A stretch of 64,000 bases of DNA, taken from the NCBI GenBank assembly GCA_037131755.1, contig JBAXQJ010000003.1:6870-70869 (forward strand). Direction: 5' to 3'. Positions 59,553 to 64,000 of the stretch are shown here, one piece after another. The stretch is from a bacterium. GTDB taxonomy: Bacteria > Patescibacteriota > Minisyncoccia > Phycocordibacterales > GWA1-40-21. Each line of letters opens with the position of its first letter. Within the stretch, counting starts at the first letter, position 1. Under the pieces are notes generated by a model. The model made no database searches. It had not been told where the DNA came from and was given only the letters and a program-made list of their open reading frames with translations. The position numbers and the translations under genes are program-made.

Positions 59553-60842
59553 TTATTTCTGGCTTACGGGTAGATTCGAAGGAGCTTCTGATTTCTTTGA
59601 AGGGATTTTTGGCAGTGATGGCGTTGCCGAGACGTTGCCTGGGAAGTGATAAATGGTCGCCACTTCTTCCGTGGTAAGAATAAAGGGATCTTGTTTATAA
59701 TACTTGTAGGGCGGATAGAAAAAAGATCGCAGTTTGTAGGCATTGAACATCAGTTTTTTCAGCTTGATGACCCTTTTATCCTTGAAATCATTTAGGAACG
59801 GAAAGACGGTGCACCAGTCCTTGAAAGCATCAGTGACATCGGTCTTGGTTTTCAGTTTGAAGCCGTTTAAGGTGGAGGAATTGTACTGCCTGATACTGCC
59901 GATAATACCGGTAATGTAAATCGGATTGAAAGTTTCTTTGGTAGCAAGATAAAAGCCGCGCATACAGGTATCAAAGGCCATTTTGTTGACGCTGCGCTCA
60001 ATGGCGGCAATCTGCTCGATCTGACCCTTGGTTGGATTGGGAAAACCCGGATACTCGCCTTCCTTTTTTGGCTTGGGTGTTGCTTCGGCTCGGATTTCTT
60101 CGATTTTTGCCTTGGCGGCCTTCTTCCAGTCATCAACTTTTTTGAAAGAATGCATCTTGAGATCGATCTTGCCGTGCTTGCGGATCAAGACTTGGATCCA
60201 AGCTTGCTGGCCTGGACCGATCGAACCCAAGTATTCAATCACAGCGGTCAACGGGTCGATGCGATATTCATCTTTTTGATCTTTGTCGAGATTGTAATCA
60301 GTATAAGTTTTTATTGGAAAGACATCATCGCCCGTGAGACCGTACTGAATACCCCAGATTTGATTGGCGGCCGGATCATAAGTGAAAAGTTTGGCATAGT
60401 CCTTGTCGTTTGGTACCGGATATATTTCAACGGTCGGATATTGGGCGTAAATCTGCGCTTCCAGGAGATTTTTGAATTTCTTTTCCGAGGCCCAGACGAA
60501 AAATTTGACTTCCCCGCCGATTGAGACAAGCTCGAGAGAAAACCAAGGAGCAACCTTGCCATCAAGCCATGCCTCTGAGTAGGTCGCGGCGCCGGACTGT
60601 TGCATCGCCCCAAGGACGATTTCCATGGCTAGGGGCGATTTTTGAATGTCTTTGGGAATTTTGATTTCCAGCAAAATCGGTTCCTGTTTGGCAATGTATT
60701 TCAGTTGGACATATTTGGCATAGAGTTTTACTGCCACGACGATAAGAAGAAACGGGATATAAATAGGCGCCAGGACAAATAGCACCTTGTAGACCAGCGG
60801 CAGAATTTCCGTATTCAATTTGATCAATAACTCGAGAAACAT
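59553..60842 (-). CDS. hypothetical membrane protein
   Basis: 429 aa; N-terminal TM segments and a large soluble domain. An extended -10 promoter TGCTATAAT lies upstream. No family recognised. Confidence 0.5.
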   Translation of the reverse strand: MFLELLIKLNTEILPLVYKVLFVLAPIYIPFLLIVVAVKLYAKYVQLKYIAKQEPILLEIKIPKDIQKSPLAMEIVLGAMQQSGAATYSEAWLDGKVAPWFSLELVSIGGEVKFFVWASEKKFKNLLEAQIYAQYPTVEIYPVPNDKDYAKLFTYDPAANQIWGIQYGLTGDDVFPIKTYTDYNLDKDQKDEYRIDPLTAVIEYLGSIGPGQQAWIQVLIRKHGKIDLKMHSFKKVDDWKKAAKAKIEEIRAEATPKPKKEGEYPGFPNPTKGQIEQIAAIERSVNKMAFDTCMRGFYLATKETFNPIYITGIIGSIRQYNSSTLNGFKLKTKTDVTDAFKDWCTVFPFLNDFKDKRVIKLKKLMFNAYKLRSFFYPPYKYYKQDPFILTTEEVATIYHFPGNVSATPSLPKIPSKKSEAPSNLPVSQK

Positions 60843-60890
60843 TTGCTCTGATTATAGCATACCGCTTTATGCGTTGCCACAACTTGGGCA

Positions 60891-60918
60891 ATAAAAAAAC
60901 CGGCTTAGCCGGTTTTTT
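60891..60918. terminator. bidirectional terminator
   Basis: AAAAAAACCGGCTTAGCCGGTTTTTT. Confidence 0.8.
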
Positions 60919-60927
60919 AAATATTGG

Positions 60928-61968
60928 TTATTTGCTTACCACCTCATACTTGCCTTCCTTGTTCTTTTTAAAGTATTTAGGGTTTTGCAGGTTGATCAAA
61001 ATCGTATTTTCCTTGACGTATCGTTCCTTGAGAACCTTTTGGACGATTTCTTCTTTGTTGAGAGGTCCGTATTTTTCAAGCAGTTTCTTGATTACGTCTT
61101 TGACAACTCCGCTCATATAACCCCATTCAGCGAGAGCATACAAGCCTCGGCCGACCAAAACAAATCGTGGATCCTTGATCAGCTCATTGTGGGTGGTCGC
61201 AATGTGGGCCTTTTTCTTGAAAACTTCAGTGATGGTCTTCGCAACTTCGCGGAAGTGAATTGGCGAACCATGTCGGCGAATGACGAGATAGGCGTAGTCT
61301 CGCATGCCCTTGGTGCTAATATTTGGAGATTCGGACTTACCCCATTCGCCCAATGGATTCTTGGAAATTTTCTTGGACAAGGTGAGCCAGCGCTTGGCGA
61401 TTTCTTCGTTCTTGTATTTTTCAGAGACATCTTCGATGTGCTCCAAGAATGACTTCAACATATCCGCTTCGGACATCAAATCTTCGTCCTTGAGGTTGGA
61501 GTAGAGTTTTTTGATCGCTCCGTGGACTTTTTCGGCCAATTGATTGTCGATGAACCAGCGATGCTTGAAATCCTCATCTTCTTTTATTTTGGTGAACGGA
61601 TGACCGACGACCAGGAGAAAGTTGATATGGCTTTGGGTCGACTTGTCTTTGGAAGTGTGATCAAGCAAATCCTGCTCGACGACGATCCCTCCGAGTTCTC
61701 TGATGATGTTTTCTATTTCAGTAAAAACCGGTATTTCTTCGGTGTATTGCTTGGATTTTCTGATTACGGCCAAGGCATGATTTTCAATCTGTCGGACTCG
61801 TTCTCGGGTAATACCGTAGATCTTGCCGATTGCGTCAAGGGTCATTTGTTCAGAGTCCTTACCGAGACCGTATCGTCGGGTAATCACATCGCGTGATCTT
61901 TCTGCGAGAGCCCCGATCAACTTTTTCGTTACCTGCTTTGGTTTGAATGAAATTGTAGCTGTGGCCAT
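60928..61968 (-). CDS. putative transcription factor: sigma-70 region 4 HTH at the N-terminus fused to a C-terminal HARE-HTH winged helix
   Basis: The N-terminus ITRRYGLGKDSEQMTLDAIGKIYGITRERVRQIENHALAVIRK is a sigma-70 region 4 signature. The C-terminus YAYLVIRRHGSPIHFREVAKTI...DPRFVLVGRGLYALAEWGY is a HARE-HTH-like pattern. Confidence 0.6.
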   Translation of the reverse strand: MATATISFKPKQVTKKLIGALAERSRDVITRRYGLGKDSEQMTLDAIGKIYGITRERVRQIENHALAVIRKSKQYTEEIPVFTEIENIIRELGGIVVEQDLLDHTSKDKSTQSHINFLLVVGHPFTKIKEDEDFKHRWFIDNQLAEKVHGAIKKLYSNLKDEDLMSEADMLKSFLEHIEDVSEKYKNEEIAKRWLTLSKKISKNPLGEWGKSESPNISTKGMRDYAYLVIRRHGSPIHFREVAKTITEVFKKKAHIATTHNELIKDPRFVLVGRGLYALAEWGYMSGVVKDVIKKLLEKYGPLNKEEIVQKVLKERYVKENTILINLQNPKYFKKNKEGKYEVVSK

Positions 61969-62071
61969 AATTATTTTTACTAATAATAATGAATGTCTAA
62001 TTCAATTAATATGTCAGCATATTAGCCGATAGTCAACGTTTTGTCAAGACGTACAGTATGTGGTGAATAAT

Positions 62072-64000
62072 TTAGTCGGTATTGATGATCAGGATCTTCC
62101 CTTTTACGAACATTTTGTTCCTGATGTTTTTGCCATCCAGCCATTTTTTGACTTCCGGCAGGCTGAAAGCGGTTTTTTCCACATCCTCTTGTTTTGGATT
62201 TATTCCGATTTCAAAATTGGCCCGAGGTTTGCCGTTGATCTGAACAACGATGGTGATATTTTCCAGGACGATCTTTGCTTCGTCGAACTCTGGCCACTTC
62301 TCAAGGTGAATGCTTTTTTTGTGTCCAAGATTTGCCCAAATCTCATCGGTCATGTGCGGAGCAAACGGTGCCAGCAGTTTGATTAAAATCTCATATTGAG
62401 ATTTGGTAATCCCTGTTTTTTCGGCGGCATTGGTCAGGATCATAAAGGCCGAAATAGCCGTATTGAAACTAAAATTCAGAATATCCTCGGTCACCTTCTT
62501 GATCGTCCGATGTAAAAGGACTTCGAATTCCTTATTTGCTTCCTTAGAAATTATGACGCGGTTTTGCAATCGCCAGACCCGATCCAAGAAACGTCTTGAG
62601 CCGACCATGTTGTCGGTACTCCAGGCGATTTCCTGATCAAACGGACCCATAAAGCTCTCGTAGACGCGCAGAGTATCGGCCCCGACATCCCTGACCACGT
62701 CATCAGGGTTGATCACATTGCCCCAACGCTTGCTCATTTTTCGGCCATCAGTACCCAAAATCATTCCCAGGTTTTTCAACTTTGTGAACGGTTCCTTATA
62801 ATTCACCACGCCAATATCATAAAGGAATTTGTGCCAGAAACGGGCGTATATGAGGTGACGAGTGTTGTGTTCACCGCCGCCGACATACAGATCGACCGGT
62901 GACCAGTATTTTTCCTTTTTCTTATCAACCAACGCTTTCTTGTTCTTTGGATCAATATAACGCAGATAGTACCAAGATGAACCAGCCCATTGCGGCATCG
63001 TATTTGTCTCTCTTTTGGCCGGACCTTTGCAGACCGGACATTTTACGTTTACCCACTTTGCGATGGCCGCCAAAGGTGACTCGCCGGTTCCGGTCGGTTC
63101 GTAAAACTTCACGTCCGGCAATTTTACCGGCAGATCTTTTTCTGGTACCGGCACGGCGACCGTCACCTGTTCGACATCCCAAGCCACCAAGCCGTGTTTA
63201 AATATCCGGTCGAGATTTTCCTTGCCAAAGGCGGCATAGGATTTTTCCAACTCAGCGACATTCTTATAATTTTTCTTGTGGAGTTTTGACAGGGCGACCT
63301 TATCGGCAAACAGCTCTTCGAAATTCTTATAGACGATTCTGGACTTAACCCTGAACAGTTTTTCGTCTTTCAGTTTTTTGCTTTTTTTGTCACGATAGGA
63401 AAATTTCAAAATATCACCAACCTTTACGTCGCCAAAATAGCGATCTTTTTCTTCGGGGTTCAAAGCCCGGGTTTCCAAAGTTTTTGTGCCGTCTTTCAAA
63501 GCTTCCCAGACATCGGCGTAGTAAAAGTTAAGGGCAATCTTGGCTTCCTTGTCGTATTTTTTAATGGCGCATTTTCCGCAGTGGACAAGGGGAAAAGGCT
63601 CGCCCCAGTAACGCTGGCGAGAAAAGACCCAGTCTTTCAGCTTGTAAGATACTTTCTCCCGACCAAAAGCCTCGGTAATTCCCTTCTTCGCTTTTTGATT
63701 GTGCAGATCGCTGAATTTTCCGGAGTTGATCATTATTCCATCACCAGTATAAGCTATCTTTCCGGCCAACCTCTCAAGCCAAACATCCATTTCGGCATGA
63801 GTCATCAAATCAGAGTGGATATCTTTTTCCGTCAGCCAAATTACCTGATGTTCCTCCTTTTCAGCCTCGCCGATTTCTTCTTTTTCTTCGTTCACCAATT
63901 CAAAATAAACCGCATTGGTATATGACACTCGGTTCTGGTCCTTGTGCGCGGCAAAATATTCCGCCCGAACCTGTCCGCCGAGGATCTTCCCGCCGGTGAC
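62072..64000 (-). CDS. leuS: leucyl-tRNA synthetase, C-terminal two thirds (5' end outside the window), carrying an inserted ASCH-like domain
   Basis: SRQRYWGEPFPLVHCGKC...VAVPVPEKDLPVKLPDV, KMSKR and the anticodon-binding region. The reading frame stays open upstream to the window edge. Confidence 0.88.
   Translation of the reverse strand, partial: VTGGKILGGQVRAEYFAAHKDQNRVSYTNAVYFELVNEEKEEIGEAEKEEHQVIWLTEKDIHSDLMTHAEMDVWLERLAGKIAYTGDGIMINSGKFSDLHNQKAKKGITEAFGREKVSYKLKDWVFSRQRYWGEPFPLVHCGKCAIKKYDKEAKIALNFYYADVWEALKDGTKTLETRALNPEEKDRYFGDVKVGDILKFSYRDKKSKKLKDEKLFRVKSRIVYKNFEELFADKVALSKLHKKNYKNVAELEKSYAAFGKENLDRIFKHGLVAWDVEQVTVAVPVPEKDLPVKLPDVKFYEPTGTGESPLAAIAKWVNVKCPVCKGPAKRETNTMPQWAGSSWYYLRYIDPKNKKALVDKKKEKYWSPVDLYVGGGEHNTRHLIYARFWHKFLYDIGVVNYKEPFTKLKNLGMILGTDGRKMSKRWGNVINPDDVVRDVGADTLRVYESFMGPFDQEIAWSTDNMVGSRRFLDRVWRLQNRVIISKEANKEFEVLLHRTIKKVTEDILNFSFNTAISAFMILTNAAEKTGITKSQYEILIKLLAPFAPHMTDEIWANLGHKKSIHLEKWPEFDEAKIVLENITIVVQINGKPRANFEIGINPKQEDVEKTAFSLPEVKKWLDGKNIRNKMFVKGKILIINTD

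Noticed and set aside
1-64000. CRISPR arrays, transposases/IS elements, integrases, prophage blocks, rRNA genes
   Set aside because: No regularly spaced direct repeats, no transposase or integrase-like translations, and no rRNA-like stretches were seen anywhere in the window.

Overview
This window reads as a gene-dense bacterial chromosome fragment of roughly 42% GC with the standard genetic code. Many genes carry strong AAAGGAGG-type ribosome-binding sites and are bracketed by clean rho-independent, often bidirectional, terminators. The small proteins and mostly housekeeping content suggest a reduced-genome lineage such as a Patescibacteria/CPR-like organism; that assignment is inference only.

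Recognisable content:
- A split division and cell-wall (dcw) cluster. mraZ-rsmH-ftsL-ftsI-murF lies on the + strand. mraY-ftsW-murG lies on the - strand in a long operon with scpA, scpB, a D-Ala-D-Ala carboxypeptidase, gltX and an M23 peptidase.
- Aminoacyl-tRNA synthetase genes lysS, cysS, gltX, trpS, alaS, asnS/aspS and a 5'-partial leuS.
- dnaB, recR, rmuC, and lexA with a Cheo-type SOS box.
- grpE-dnaK-dnaJ.
- A ribosomal protein and rpoA block: infA-rpmJ-rpsM-rpsK-rpsD-rpoA-rplQ-rplM-rpsI.
- rplU, rpmA, rplI and tRNA-Glu(CUC).
- Two NUDIX hydrolases, two DEDDh exonucleases, corA, a P-type ATPase, an ABC exporter, mnmA and mltG.

No CRISPR array, transposase, integrase or rRNA was seen.

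The items worth a second look are:
- an orphan 372-aa protein of unknown family inserted on the opposite strand between dnaB and cysS;
- a structured leader of about 300 nt upstream of the P-type ATPase, which resembles a yybP-ykoY (Mn2+) riboswitch with a terminator expression platform;
- further promoter/terminator-delimited non-coding stretches that look like sRNA genes (10438-10721, 35354-35583, 1717-1880);
- an ASCH-like domain inserted in the zinc knuckle of LeuS;
- a protein fusing sigma-70 region 4 to a HARE-HTH domain;
- a fusion of an ATP-cone to an Mrr-like nuclease domain;
- a 106-aa ORF plus non-CIRCE inverted repeats between grpE and dnaK;
- an FtsA-like protein and a membrane protein sitting where secY-adk-map normally precede infA.

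All family assignments come from reading motifs in the translations. No database search was possible.
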